Shown: piece after piece, positions 32,795 to 42,384 of the stretch
Layout: every line of letters begins with the position of its first letter
Position numbering within the stretch: position 1 is the first letter of the stretch
Assembly: GCA_965219955.1 (NCBI GenBank)
Contig: OZ244799.1
Location: forward strand, 256,001 to 320,000
Reading direction: 5' to 3'
Length of the DNA: 64,000 nt
DNA from: a bacterium
GTDB lineage: Bacteria > UBA8248
Position numbers and translations under genes: made by a program
Notes under the pieces: generated by a model
Seen by the model: only the letters and a program-made list of their open reading frames with translations
The model's database searches: none
Told to the model about the DNA's origin: nothing

Positions 32795-33829
32795 ATGAAA
32801 GCCCTGGTGAAACGGGCGCGCGGGCCCGGAAACATGGCGCTCCTGGACGTTGCGGAGCCTCGCGTGGGACCCGGGCAGGTGAAGGTGAAAATCGCCCACG
32901 CCGGCATCTGCGGCACGGACGTGCACATCGCCTCGGGCGAGTTCTTTCACTATTTCCCGCCCCTGGTGCTGGGGCACGAGTTCTCGGGCGAAGTGGTGGA
33001 AACGGGCGCAGGCGTCGAGGGAGTTCCGCTCGGCGCGCGGGTGACGGCCGAACCGACGAAGTCCACGTGCCGCGTCTGCCCGCACTGCATCTCGGGCCGC
33101 TACAACCGGTGCGAGGAGCGCGACATCGCCGGCGTGGTGAGCAACGGCGCCTTCACAGACTACGTGGTCACCCGGGCGGAGTCGATTCACCGCCTGCCCT
33201 ATAGCGTGAGTCTCAAGGCCGCCGCACTCTCGGAACCCCTCGCGGTATGCGTCCACGGGGTGTGCGAGCAGTGCAGCGTGCGCGAGGGCGACATCGCATT
33301 GATCATGGGGCCGGGCGCCATCGGCCTGGGGTGCGCCCAGGTGGCAATCGCCCACGGCGCTCGGGTGATGGTGGCGGGCGCCGGGAAGGACGCGCACAGG
33401 CTGGCGCTCGCCCGCGCGCTGGGTGCTGAGTGGACGGTGAACGCCGAGAAAGAAAACGTCCTCGATCAGGCCTTGAAGGTAACGAAAGGCTGGGGCGTGG
33501 ACTTGGCCGTCGAGGCGGCGGGCGCTGCCGCCGCGATGGAGGTATGCGTCGAGGCGGTGCGGAAGGGCGGGGAAATCCTCCAGGTGGGCCTGCCCGGCGC
33601 GCCCGTTCCCGTCGACATGGACAGGCTGGCGTTCAAGGAGATCCGCCTTGTCGGCACGTTCGGGCAGAAGCGCTCCGCCTGGCTCCTGGCGCTCGACCTG
33701 CTGGAGGCGGGCAGGGTCGATGCCGAGGCGATGGTGTCCGACATGCTCCCGCTCGATGCGTGGGAGAGAGGCTTCGACATCATGGCGCGCGGAGCGGGGC
33801 TGAAGGTGCTGCTTGCGCCGGAAGGTTAG
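32795..33829 (+). CDS. Zn-dependent medium-chain dehydrogenase (threonine/sorbitol DH-like)
   Basis: GICGTDVH, GHEFSG, CRVCPHC..C, GPGAIG. Confidence 0.92.
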   Translation: MKALVKRARGPGNMALLDVAEPRVGPGQVKVKIAHAGICGTDVHIASGEFFHYFPPLVLGHEFSGEVVETGAGVEGVPLGARVTAEPTKSTCRVCPHCISGRYNRCEERDIAGVVSNGAFTDYVVTRAESIHRLPYSVSLKAAALSEPLAVCVHGVCEQCSVREGDIALIMGPGAIGLGCAQVAIAHGARVMVAGAGKDAHRLALARALGAEWTVNAEKENVLDQALKVTKGWGVDLAVEAAGAAAAMEVCVEAVRKGGEILQVGLPGAPVPVDMDRLAFKEIRLVGTFGQKRSAWLLALDLLEAGRVDAEAMVSDMLPLDAWERGFDIMARGAGLKVLLAPEG

Positions 33830-34109
33830 GGGGTTGTTGAGAAAGTCTTGATAAATGAGAGTTTAACGCGACCGACGAGAAGCAAGAGAATCACTCCCCC
33901 CTTGAGGGGGAGTCGAAGAAGCCGAGCCTCCGGCGAAGGCTGATTCGGTGGGGGGTGAATCCAGATTTGTGGCACAATTCGAATTATACCCCCCACCAAC
34001 TCGCTTGCGGGCTACGCCCTTAACTCGTTGACTCCCCCTCAAGGGGGGAGTGAACTTCAAAAGCGTGCGCTCAACCAAAATCGCTTTACAGGGCTTTTTC
34101 AACAGCCCC
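33830..34109. mobile_element. MITE-like element with IS1182-type ends carrying 165-bp repeat copy C (33891-34053)
   Basis: GGGGTTGTTGAGAAAGTC ... GGGCTTTTTCAACAGCCCC; starts directly after a TAG stop. Confidence 0.75.
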
Positions 34110-34211
34110 GATAGGCGAGGAACGGATAACGACGGCGCTTTACACCGGAAAAGGCGAACGCAAGGAAAGATGAGATATATTCGGACGAATCCAGGGTTTT
34201 CAATATAGAGG

Positions 34212-34724
34212 ATGGCACACATGAGCATCGACGGAAAAGAATTCAGAACCGCCCTCGGCAGGTTCGCCACGGGCGTCACGGTCGTCACCGCGAAAACGCC
34301 GACCGAAGCGCGCGGCATGACGGCGAACGCGTTCTCCTCCCTCTCGCTCGACCCGCCGCTCGTCCTGGTGTGTTACGACAACAAGGCGTCGAGCCTGAAG
34401 ATGGTGCAGGAAGCGAAGAAGTTCGCCATCAATTTCCTCTCGGAAGAGCAGAAGAGCACCTCCGACTGGTTCGCAGGCAAGGGGAGGGACGCGGAGGATC
34501 AGTTCGCCGACATCCCGCATGAGATCGGAGAGAACGGCTCGCCCGTGCTCACGGGGAACGTGGGCGTTCTGGAGTGCGACCTGCACGAGGAGCTTCCGGG
34601 TGGAGACCACACCATCGTCGTGGGTCGCGTGACCCGCGTCGTTCTCGAGGAAGAGGTGCGCGCGCCGCTTCTTTTCTACGGAAGCGCCTACCGGAAGATG
34701 GACATGGACGGCTCCTACGACTGA
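34212..34724 (+). CDS. Flavin reductase (HpaC/RutF-like)
   Basis: FRTALGRFATGVTVVT, SLSLDPPLV, GGDHTIVVG. Confidence 0.93.
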   Translation: MAHMSIDGKEFRTALGRFATGVTVVTAKTPTEARGMTANAFSSLSLDPPLVLVCYDNKASSLKMVQEAKKFAINFLSEEQKSTSDWFAGKGRDAEDQFADIPHEIGENGSPVLTGNVGVLECDLHEELPGGDHTIVVGRVTRVVLEEEVRAPLLFYGSAYRKMDMDGSYD

Positions 34725-34760
34725 TCCCCGAAACCGGCTCGTATCTCACAAGGAGTTCTC

Positions 34761-35522
34761 TTGGCATCGTATCAAGCGGTTGCGTTCGACCTGTTCGACA
34801 CGCTCGTCGATTTCGACATCACCCTGTTCCCGGTGGTGGAGATAGACGGCAAGGAGGAGAAGACCACCTCGAAAGCGGCCTATGACGCGCTTTATGACGG
34901 CGGCTTCCTCGTGCCGAATTACCAGGCCTTCCACCAGCTCTGGCTGAAGAGTTCGAAAGAGGTGTGGGCCGAGCGCGACAACGACCCCGAGTACAGGGAA
35001 ATCCGCTCCATCGATCGTTTCCGGCGCTTGATGGCGCTTCTGGTGGCGATTCCCGCACAAGACAGGGAACGCGCCGCCAAGACGGCCCTGAACGCCCACA
35101 TGTACGGCATCGAGAACTCCGTGGTGTTCGACCGGGGTCGCCTCGACATGCTGGGGCGGATAAAGGACGCCGGTCTTCCGGTAGCGCTCCTGAGCAATTT
35201 CGACCACGCGCCCACCGCGCGGCGGATCATCGACAAGATGGGCATCACGCCCTATCTCGATTCGGTTCTTATTTCAGAGGATGAGGGTTTCAGGAAACCG
35301 GCGGGGTCGCTCTTTCTCAAGGTGGCCGAAGAGTTGGGCGCGGCGCCTGCGGAAGTGCTCTTCGTGGGCGACACGTTCGATGCCGACGTTACGGGGCCGC
35401 AGAGCGTGGGCATGCCGTGCGCCTGGCTCAACAGAAAAGGAAAACCCGTGCCCGAAGGCGGCGAACCGCCTGATTTCGAGATCCGGGATGTTCAGGACAC
35501 GCTTTCGATACTGGGGCTGTAG
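34761..35522 (+). CDS. HAD-family hydrolase
   Basis: FDLFDTL, LSN, RKP, VGDTFDADV; TTG start after AGGAG. Confidence 0.9.
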   Translation: MASYQAVAFDLFDTLVDFDITLFPVVEIDGKEEKTTSKAAYDALYDGGFLVPNYQAFHQLWLKSSKEVWAERDNDPEYREIRSIDRFRRLMALLVAIPAQDRERAAKTALNAHMYGIENSVVFDRGRLDMLGRIKDAGLPVALLSNFDHAPTARRIIDKMGITPYLDSVLISEDEGFRKPAGSLFLKVAEELGAAPAEVLFVGDTFDADVTGPQSVGMPCAWLNRKGKPVPEGGEPPDFEIRDVQDTLSILGL

Positions 35523-35834
35523 GGGGTGTTGAAAGAGCCTTGATGAATGAGGGTTTGTCGCGACCAATGAAAGAGCAAGATTCACTCCCCCCTTGAGGGG
35601 GAGTCGAAGAGCTAAGGGCGTAAGCCCGCAAGCGATTCGGTGGGGGGTATAATTCGGAATGGCGATAAAACGCGATTCACCCCCCACCGATTCAGCCTTC
35701 GCACAATCCGCTCGGCTTCATCGTCTGGCTTTCCCCTCGGGAAGCCAGACCCTCAAGGGGGGAGTTGATTTGAAATTCTCCTCGGTGGAGAGCGATCTTC
35801 GTAGGGATCGTATAGCGGCTTTTTCAATAACCCC
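35522..35834. mobile_element. MITE-like element with IS1182-type ends carrying 165-bp repeat copy D (35582-35765)
   Basis: GGGGGTGTTGAAAGAGCC ... GGCTTTTTCAATAACCCC; left subterminal region resembles that of 33830. Confidence 0.72.
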
Positions 35835-35864
35835 ACCAAGCCTGGTTTATAAGAGGATACTCGC

Positions 35865-36596
35865 TTGTCGGTTCTGGCGCTTCAGCATGTGGACGTGGAA
35901 AGGCTCTCGCTGCTCGAAGAGGTGCTCGCGCAGAAGGGGGTTCCCGCGCGCTACCTGGCCCTGCACAAGGGGGAGCGTCTCCCCCGCTCTTTGGGTGAGT
36001 TGAAGGACACCCAGGCCATCGTCGTCCTGGGCGGGCCGATGGGCGTTTACGAGGCGGAGAAATACCCCTGGCTGGCCGATGAACTCCGCTTTCTCCGTGA
36101 GGCGCTTCATGCGGGATTCCCCGTCTACGGCCTTTGCCTGGGCGCGCAGTTGATGGCGGCGGCGCTCGGGGCCCGCGTGTATCCCGGAGAAGCGAAAAAG
36201 GAGATCGGCTGGTTCCCGGTGGATCTGACGCCCGAGGCGAAAGAAGACCCGCTGCTCGGCGATGAGGCGGCGAGCTTCCCCGTATTCCAGTGGCACGGCG
36301 ATACGTTCGATATTCCTGAGAGCGCGGTGCATCTCGCGTCTTCCGCGCGGTACCCGAACCAGGCGTTCCGGTGGGGCGCGCGCGCCTACGCCTTCCAGTT
36401 TCACCTGGAAATCTCGATGGAGGACATATCCACCTGGCTGGACGCGTTTGCGGGCGACATGAAATCCGCGCGCTCGGACGCGGACCCCGAGGCGATATTG
36501 GGCGAAGCGCCGTTGCACATGGAGGCGTTGAACAGGCGCGCCGCGCGCTGGTTCGAGCGCTGGCTCGCTCTCTCGGGGCTGATAGCGTCGCCTTGA
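35865..36596 (+). CDS. Class I glutamine amidotransferase-like protein
   Basis: LGGPMGVY, GLCLGAQ, QWHGDTF, QFHLE. Confidence 0.9.
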   Translation: MSVLALQHVDVERLSLLEEVLAQKGVPARYLALHKGERLPRSLGELKDTQAIVVLGGPMGVYEAEKYPWLADELRFLREALHAGFPVYGLCLGAQLMAAALGARVYPGEAKKEIGWFPVDLTPEAKEDPLLGDEAASFPVFQWHGDTFDIPESAVHLASSARYPNQAFRWGARAYAFQFHLEISMEDISTWLDAFAGDMKSARSDADPEAILGEAPLHMEALNRRAARWFERWLALSGLIASP

Positions 36597-36609
36597 GGGT
36601 TCCTCCTTG

Positions 36610-36962
36610 GGGGTTGTTGAAAAAACCCTCCTCGATCGGAATTAACCACCGTCGTCATTCCGGCGAAAGCCGGAATCCATTTTCAAGCAGAATGACAATA
36701 CGCCGGCTTTTCATTTCCTGACCATTCGTGGGAAGCAATCAGAAAATAAAAACAAAGGCAAAACAAATGGATTCCGGCTTTTGCCGGAATGACGAACAAA
36801 GCCACATCGCTTCTTGTAGGGACAGGCCTCCGTGCCTGTCCTAACGAAGGACAACCACGGAGGGCAGGACAGGCACGGAGGCCTGTCCCTACAAAACCAT
36901 CGTGCCTGCGCCGCGTGAACCTCCATGCCGCTGACCCCGAAACAGGGTTTTCCAACAGCCCC
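36610..36962. mobile_element. MITE-like element with IS1182-type ends carrying CGTC (36653-36794) and GTAG (36816-36892) REP doublets
   Basis: GGGGTTGTTGAAAAAACCC ... GGGTTTTCCAACAGCCCC; CGTCATTCCGGCGAAAGCCGGAATCC and near-inverse copy. Confidence 0.72.
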
Positions 36963-37040
36963 CTCAAGGAGGGGGTGTGATTTATTTCCTTTCGGACTTT
37001 TTCAACACCCGCCCTTGTCGGCGGGGGAGCGCTCCCCTAA

Positions 37041-38775
37041 CCCGGATATTTCACCGAGGCTTTGGAACGGCCTGATTTGAAGTCGTGGACGGCTTGATTC
37101 GGGAGGCGGCCTTCTTCGTCGGCGCGATACGATGACGCACGGCGCCCGAGCGGCGCTTTTTCGTCGATTTCGAAGGCTTTCGGGGAGTGCCGGCCGACGC
37201 GCAGGCGCAGGTTTCCCGCTGCGGCAACCTATGTCGCTCCGATTCTACGCTCAGTCACTCTCCCCCGCCGTCGGCCAGGGCGGGTGCGTACGCAGGTTGT
37301 TCACTACCTTTTCGAAGAGCGCCGCATGGGGCCAGGCCTCGGAGATAGACAGCCGGACCTTGCGCACGCTGACCCTCACGCGGGCGCCGATCTTGAGCAG
37401 TTTCAGCCGGATCGTTGCGCACTGGGCCCTGGCGCATGTCGTGCCCGCCAGCCCCAGGCGCCGGAGTCCGTGCATCAGGACGTAGGCGAAGGAGGCGAAG
37501 TAGAGCCGCAACTGATTGGCCCTCATGGTGGCGCTGCTGGTGCGGTCGGCGAACAGGCCGAGTTGCTGTTCCTTGATGCGGTTCTCCATCTCTCCCCGGG
37601 CGCAGTAGAGTTCTTCGTAGAGGCGTCTGGCGCCGGCCCGCCGGGGGCGGAGATTGGTGACCACGAACCGCGGGTTCGCCCCCCTGGGCAGGTATTGCGC
37701 CTTGCCCACCACCCGGCGGGTTCTGGACCAGCTCTTGCGCGTTCGATAGCGGAAGTCGCGATACCGGCGCGCCGGCTCACCCGTGCGGCGACAGACGACC
37801 TCGGCCCGGTAGAGGTCCCGGCCAATCGCCCGCACCAGCCGCGCGTTGCGCGCCATGCCGAACACGTAGCCGACGCCGTTCTCCTCGCACCAGCGCATCA
37901 ACGGCTCGCGGCAAAAACCCGAGTCGCCGCGAACCACGACCCGCGTACGCGGCCAGCGCCTGCGGACCTGCGCCACGATCCGCGCCAACTCCTCCTCGCT
38001 GCCGGCCGAGGCGTCGACGTTCGAGCGGCGCAGCCGCGCGCACAGCAGATGCGCGCCGCAGAAGACGTAGAGCGGCAGATAACAGTAGCGGCCGTAATAG
38101 CCGTGGAAGAAGCGCCCCTCCTGGCGACCGTGCAGGGGGTCGTCCGTGGCGTCGAGGTCCAGCCATATCTCTTCGGGCGGTTCGGCGTAAGACTCCATGA
38201 ACACGTCCACCAGCAGGCGGTCCATCGCCTCGAAGTCCGCAGCGATGCGCTTGTAGCGATCCGTCGCCGCCTCGGCGCCGCCCAACTCCAGGCGGTTCAG
38301 CGTACTCGATGCGGCCAGCGGAGAGCCGCGGTCCCGAAGGCGAACCCGCCCGGCTCCCGTCAGGTCCCGCTTGCCCACCAGCAGCGCCAGCAACCTGTCG
38401 CGGCGCAAATCCTCGTGGTCGTTCAGGTCCTCGTAGCCCAGCGCCAGCGCGTACACCCGCTGCGCCGCCAGCGAGCGCACCGGGTGCTCCACGCTGCCGG
38501 GCTTGCGGCAATCACGAAAACACCGCGCCAGACGAGCCATCAGACCCAGGCGGAGATCCGTCTCGCGAAGCAGCACCCCGCCGGCGTCCGACGTGATCCG
38601 TCCGCCGTCGAATCGGGCGATGACCTCGCGTCTTCCGTGGGGGTGAAAGTGAAGTTGTTCCGGTGTACAATGCGTATCCATGGGGCCTCTCTGTCGGACG
38701 GGTGTAAGTTATTGAGACAACTCACATTATCCGACATTCAGAGGCCCCATGCCATTTGTCGGTGAAATATCCGGG
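37041..38775 (-). mobile_element. IS1380-family element
   Basis: 17-bp perfect TIR CCCGGATATTTCACCGA; 4-bp target duplication CTAA. Confidence 0.95.
37251..38681 (-). CDS. IS1380-family transposase
   Basis: FDGGRITSDAG, GYEDLNDH, LDLDATDDP, RGDSGF, RGEMENRIKE. Confidence 0.96.
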   Translation of the reverse strand: MDTHCTPEQLHFHPHGRREVIARFDGGRITSDAGGVLLRETDLRLGLMARLARCFRDCRKPGSVEHPVRSLAAQRVYALALGYEDLNDHEDLRRDRLLALLVGKRDLTGAGRVRLRDRGSPLAASSTLNRLELGGAEAATDRYKRIAADFEAMDRLLVDVFMESYAEPPEEIWLDLDATDDPLHGRQEGRFFHGYYGRYCYLPLYVFCGAHLLCARLRRSNVDASAGSEEELARIVAQVRRRWPRTRVVVRGDSGFCREPLMRWCEENGVGYVFGMARNARLVRAIGRDLYRAEVVCRRTGEPARRYRDFRYRTRKSWSRTRRVVGKAQYLPRGANPRFVVTNLRPRRAGARRLYEELYCARGEMENRIKEQQLGLFADRTSSATMRANQLRLYFASFAYVLMHGLRRLGLAGTTCARAQCATIRLKLLKIGARVRVSVRKVRLSISEAWPHAALFEKVVNNLRTHPPWPTAGESD

Positions 38776-38836
38776 CTAATATGCGGCTTCCCTGACGAGC
38801 CATCATTTTCTGGTTTTCGACATAAAGGAACCTTTC

Positions 38837-40099
38837 ATGGCAGAGCCTGTACGCGGCGAAATCGTCGCCATCGGCACCGAGATGCTCCTCGGCGACCTCA
38901 TCGACACCAACAGCGCCTTCATCGCAGACCAGCTCAAGTCGATCGGCGTCAACATGTATTTCAAGACCACCGTCGGCGACAACCTCGACAGGATCGCGGG
39001 CGTCATCAGGCAGGCGCACGAGCGCTCCCAGGTCGTCATCACCACGGGCGGTCTCGGCCCCACCGTGGACGACCTGACGCGGGAGGCCTGCGCCAAGGTG
39101 ATGGGCGTCGAGCTCGAGTTCCGCCAGGACCTGTACGACTACATCAGCGCCTATTTCAGCCGCCGCGGTTTCCACATGAGCGACAACAACAAAAAGCAGG
39201 CCTACATCCCCGCCGGGGCCACGCCCATCGAGAACCCGCGCGGCACGGCGCCTTGTTTCATGTGCGAGGACGAGCGGGGGGTCATCATCGTGAGCCCGGG
39301 CGTGCCGCACGAGATGCGCTACATCATCACCCAGTGCGCGGTGCCCATCCTGCAGGAGAAATTTGATTTGGGAGAGGTTATCCGAACAAAAGTTCTCAAA
39401 ACCTGCGGCCTCGGCGAATCGCGTGTGGACGAGATGATATCGGAGTTGTTTCGCGAATCCGTCAACCCGAGCATTGGCGTGCTCGCCCATCCCGGCCAGG
39501 TGGACGTGCGCATCACCGCGCGCGCAAAGGACATCGAAGAGGCGAACAACATGATCGCGGGCCTGGAGGTCAAGGTGCGCGAGATTCTCGGTTCCGCCGT
39601 CTACGCCACCGGGAACGCGACGCTGGAAGAAACGCTGGCGCGCGTTCTGGCCCAGAGCGGCAAGACCATCGCCATCGTCGAGTCGAACACCGGCGGAGCC
39701 TTGATCCAGCGGCTGAACGCCTGGCCCGAGCGCGTGCAGTTCCTGAAACGCGGCGTCGTCGGACTGCACGCGGAAGAGCTGGCGCGCATGTTCGGCGTGG
39801 ATGAGGGAGAAGGCCCGGAGGGTTTCGCAAAGGCGCTCGCGAGGCGAATCCGCGAAGAGTCGGGCGCAGACTTAGGCCTCGCCGTATTCGGTCCCAATCC
39901 GCCCGAGAACATCGAGCCCGAAAACTCCCGCCGCGCGCCCGCGCTGGGCGACACGCACATGGCGCTCGACACTGGAGGCGACGCCTTCACCTTCACGGCG
40001 AGCTTCGGCGGCAACGAGCAGTTCGTGCAGTCGCGCGCGCCCATCTACGCGATGGAGCTCGTGCGCCGCGCCGTGCTGGGTCTCGACCCGCTTGCGTGA
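38837..40099 (+). CDS. cinA: CinA-like protein (molybdopterin-binding-like N-domain plus divergent PncC domain)
   Basis: AIGTEMLLGDLIDTN, TVGDN, TGGLGPTVDDLTR, PGVPHEM, GLGES, VESNTGG. Confidence 0.88.
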   Translation: MAEPVRGEIVAIGTEMLLGDLIDTNSAFIADQLKSIGVNMYFKTTVGDNLDRIAGVIRQAHERSQVVITTGGLGPTVDDLTREACAKVMGVELEFRQDLYDYISAYFSRRGFHMSDNNKKQAYIPAGATPIENPRGTAPCFMCEDERGVIIVSPGVPHEMRYIITQCAVPILQEKFDLGEVIRTKVLKTCGLGESRVDEMISELFRESVNPSIGVLAHPGQVDVRITARAKDIEEANNMIAGLEVKVREILGSAVYATGNATLEETLARVLAQSGKTIAIVESNTGGALIQRLNAWPERVQFLKRGVVGLHAEELARMFGVDEGEGPEGFAKALARRIREESGADLGLAVFGPNPPENIEPENSRRAPALGDTHMALDTGGDAFTFTASFGGNEQFVQSRAPIYAMELVRRAVLGLDPLA

Positions 40100-40406
40100 G
40101 GCTGAAAGCCGGAATTACATTCGGAACCATTCGATAGAACCAAAGAAATTCACGGGGTTTTCGCCCGCTTAGAAGCGTCAGGCGAATTCCATCGCCTGAG
40201 AAATCCGCATATCTTTTTGATATTATTGGGAATAATTCCTTATCCCTATTCTCGTTCAGAAACCACTTCTTCAATAGGTCATCGAATCGGAAGCGGGGAA
40301 ATTACAACTCCTGCACACCCTGGAACGTCTGTGCGGAGAGTGCTTAGACAAAGGCAGTGAATCTATTCCTGGTTTCACCATTGATTTTTCGATCAAGAGC
40401 AGACAT

Positions 40407-40438
40407 ATTGTTATTGTTTATTGTTAAACAAGGACAAT
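40407..40438 (+). promoter_or_regulatory. Candidate AbiEi autoregulatory inverted repeat
   Basis: ATTGTTATTGTTTA-ttgt-TAAACAAGGACAAT (12/14 match) just before the start codon. Confidence 0.55.
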
Positions 40439-40442
40439 ACTG

Positions 40443-41048
40443 ATGGAATCCAAGCTGAACGCACAACCTGAGGAAATCTTCCGCGAGCACGGCGGCCAGC
40501 TTCGAATGAGCGAGGCTCTCGCTTCCGGGCTCACGCGCTACACCCTGTATGCGCTCAGAGACAAGGGCGTCATCGAGCAAATCACCAGGGGGATTTACCG
40601 GCTACGGGAACTTCCCCCGCTCGCCAACCCGGATCTGGTGACGGTGAGCCTCCGCTTTCCGAAAGCCGTCGTTTGCCTCGTCTCGGCACTTGCCTGGCAC
40701 GGCATCACGACCCGGATACCACGTGAAGTTTCCGTGGCGGTGCCTAAAGACTCGCGGGCGCCTGCACTCGAATATCCTCCCATCAAAGTACACAAATTCT
40801 CCCATGAAGCATACGGACCCGGCATCGAAGAACACCTGCTCGATGGAGCGCCGGTCAAAATATACAACCCTGCAAAAACCCTGGCCGACTGTTTCAAGTT
40901 CCGAAACAAGATCGGAATGGACGTGGTCCTTGAGGCGCTGAAACTTCAACAGGCACGAAACGGGCTCAACCTCGGCGAACTACTCGAATACGCCAGAATT
41001 TGCCGGGTCGAAAATGTGATGCGGCCCTATCTCGAGGCGCTCCTGTGA
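40443..41048 (+). CDS. Type IV toxin-antitoxin antitoxin, AbiEi family
   Basis: IEQITRGIYRL, CLVSALAWHGITT, KTLADCFKFRNKIGMDV, MRPYLEAL. Confidence 0.88.
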   Translation: MESKLNAQPEEIFREHGGQLRMSEALASGLTRYTLYALRDKGVIEQITRGIYRLRELPPLANPDLVTVSLRFPKAVVCLVSALAWHGITTRIPREVSVAVPKDSRAPALEYPPIKVHKFSHEAYGPGIEEHLLDGAPVKIYNPAKTLADCFKFRNKIGMDVVLEALKLQQARNGLNLGELLEYARICRVENVMRPYLEALL

Positions 41049-41170
41049 CGCCTCCGGGAAACGTGTCCGCCTCCGTCCGGCAGCGCCTCCTGAACAAGGC
41101 CAGAAGTGAGCGGCGGCTTTTTAGCGAGTTGCTCCAGTACTTCGCCATGGAGCGATTTCTCTACCGGCTG
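41045..41170 (+). pseudogene. Truncated AbiEii-family nucleotidyltransferase toxin (first ~42 codons)
   Basis: GTGA overlap with antitoxin stop; NVSASVRQRLLNKAR...LLQYFAMERFLYRL, then runs into the MFS gene end. Confidence 0.8.
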
Positions 41171-42384
41171 CGCTCTGCTCCCCCACCCCCCTCGGCCCAT
41201 TTCATGGCCGCGTAGGTTCCTGCTCCGAAGACCCCGAAAGCGGCGATCAGGGCGTACATGGTGCCGTCGAAACTGTGGCCCACGATTGCGCCGAACGGCA
41301 CCGAGATGAAGGTGGAGAGCGTAGCGACCACGCCCGCCCCCACGCCGGCGATGTGCCCGATGGGTTCCATGGCGAGCGCGTTGAGGTTCCCGAAGAGCAG
41401 TCCGATGCAGAGAAAGACGAGGAGCAGGTAGGTCATGAACAGCCAGAGCGGAGGAAGCCCCTCGAAGGCGAAGACCGGCGCCAGGCCGACGACCGAGATC
41501 AGCGTCATGGAGACCGTCGCCCTCCTCGAGAGCCGGCGCATCCCGTACTTCATGACGAGCCACCCGTTCACGAGCGAGGCGCCTCCGAAAGCGAGCGCCA
41601 GCACGCCGAAATAGGCCGGGAAAAGCGCGCCGGTATTGTACGCCTCCTGGAAGATTTGCTGGGAGGAGCTCAAGTAGGCCACGAACGGCGCGAACACGCA
41701 TCCGGTGGCCACGGTGTATCCGAGCGCGGCCCGGATCCGCAGCACCTCCAGGACGGCGGCGCCGATGGCGCGCGGGGAGAGGGGCCGCCGGCGGGCGGGG
41801 GGCAGGGTTTCCGGCTGGCGAAGTGAAAACCACGCGAGCGTGACCGCGGCGATGATGAAGAAGGCGGCGAATATCGCGCGCCAGCCGCCCAGCCACAGTA
41901 TCCCCAGCCCGAGGGCAGGCGCGACGGTGGGAACGAGAATGAACACGGCCATCGCAAAGGACATGAGACGAGCCATCTCGCGCCCTTCGTATTGATCGCG
42001 CACCAGGGCGACTGTAACGATGCGCGGTCCCGCGATTCCGACCCCCTGCAGCACGCGGCCCGCAATCATCACCTCGAAGGTGGATGCGAAGGTGCTCATG
42101 ACGCATCCCGACATGAACAGGACGAGGCCGGTATTGATGGCGGGCTTGCGTCCGATCCTGTCGGAGAGGGGGCCGAAAACGATCTGCCCGAGGCCGAGCC
42201 CCAGGAGCACGGCCGTGACGACGAACTGGACGTCGTTTCGGCGCGGCGCCCCGAGGTCTTGGCCTATCACGGGCAGCGCCGGCAGTATCGCGTCGATAGA
42301 GAGTGCGACGAGCGCCATCAGAAGGGCGACGAGGGGAACGAATTCACCGGGACGAAGGGCGGGTTTGATGGACGTTTTGCTCAT
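41161..42384 (-). CDS. Bcr/CflA-family MFS efflux transporter
   Basis: ALSIDAILPALP, GPLSDRIGRKP, GRVLQG, PALG, PETL. Confidence 0.92.
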   Translation of the reverse strand: MSKTSIKPALRPGEFVPLVALLMALVALSIDAILPALPVIGQDLGAPRRNDVQFVVTAVLLGLGLGQIVFGPLSDRIGRKPAINTGLVLFMSGCVMSTFASTFEVMIAGRVLQGVGIAGPRIVTVALVRDQYEGREMARLMSFAMAVFILVPTVAPALGLGILWLGGWRAIFAAFFIIAAVTLAWFSLRQPETLPPARRRPLSPRAIGAAVLEVLRIRAALGYTVATGCVFAPFVAYLSSSQQIFQEAYNTGALFPAYFGVLALAFGGASLVNGWLVMKYGMRRLSRRATVSMTLISVVGLAPVFAFEGLPPLWLFMTYLLLVFLCIGLLFGNLNALAMEPIGHIAGVGAGVVATLSTFISVPFGAIVGHSFDGTMYALIAAFGVFGAGTYAAMKWAEGGGGAERSR

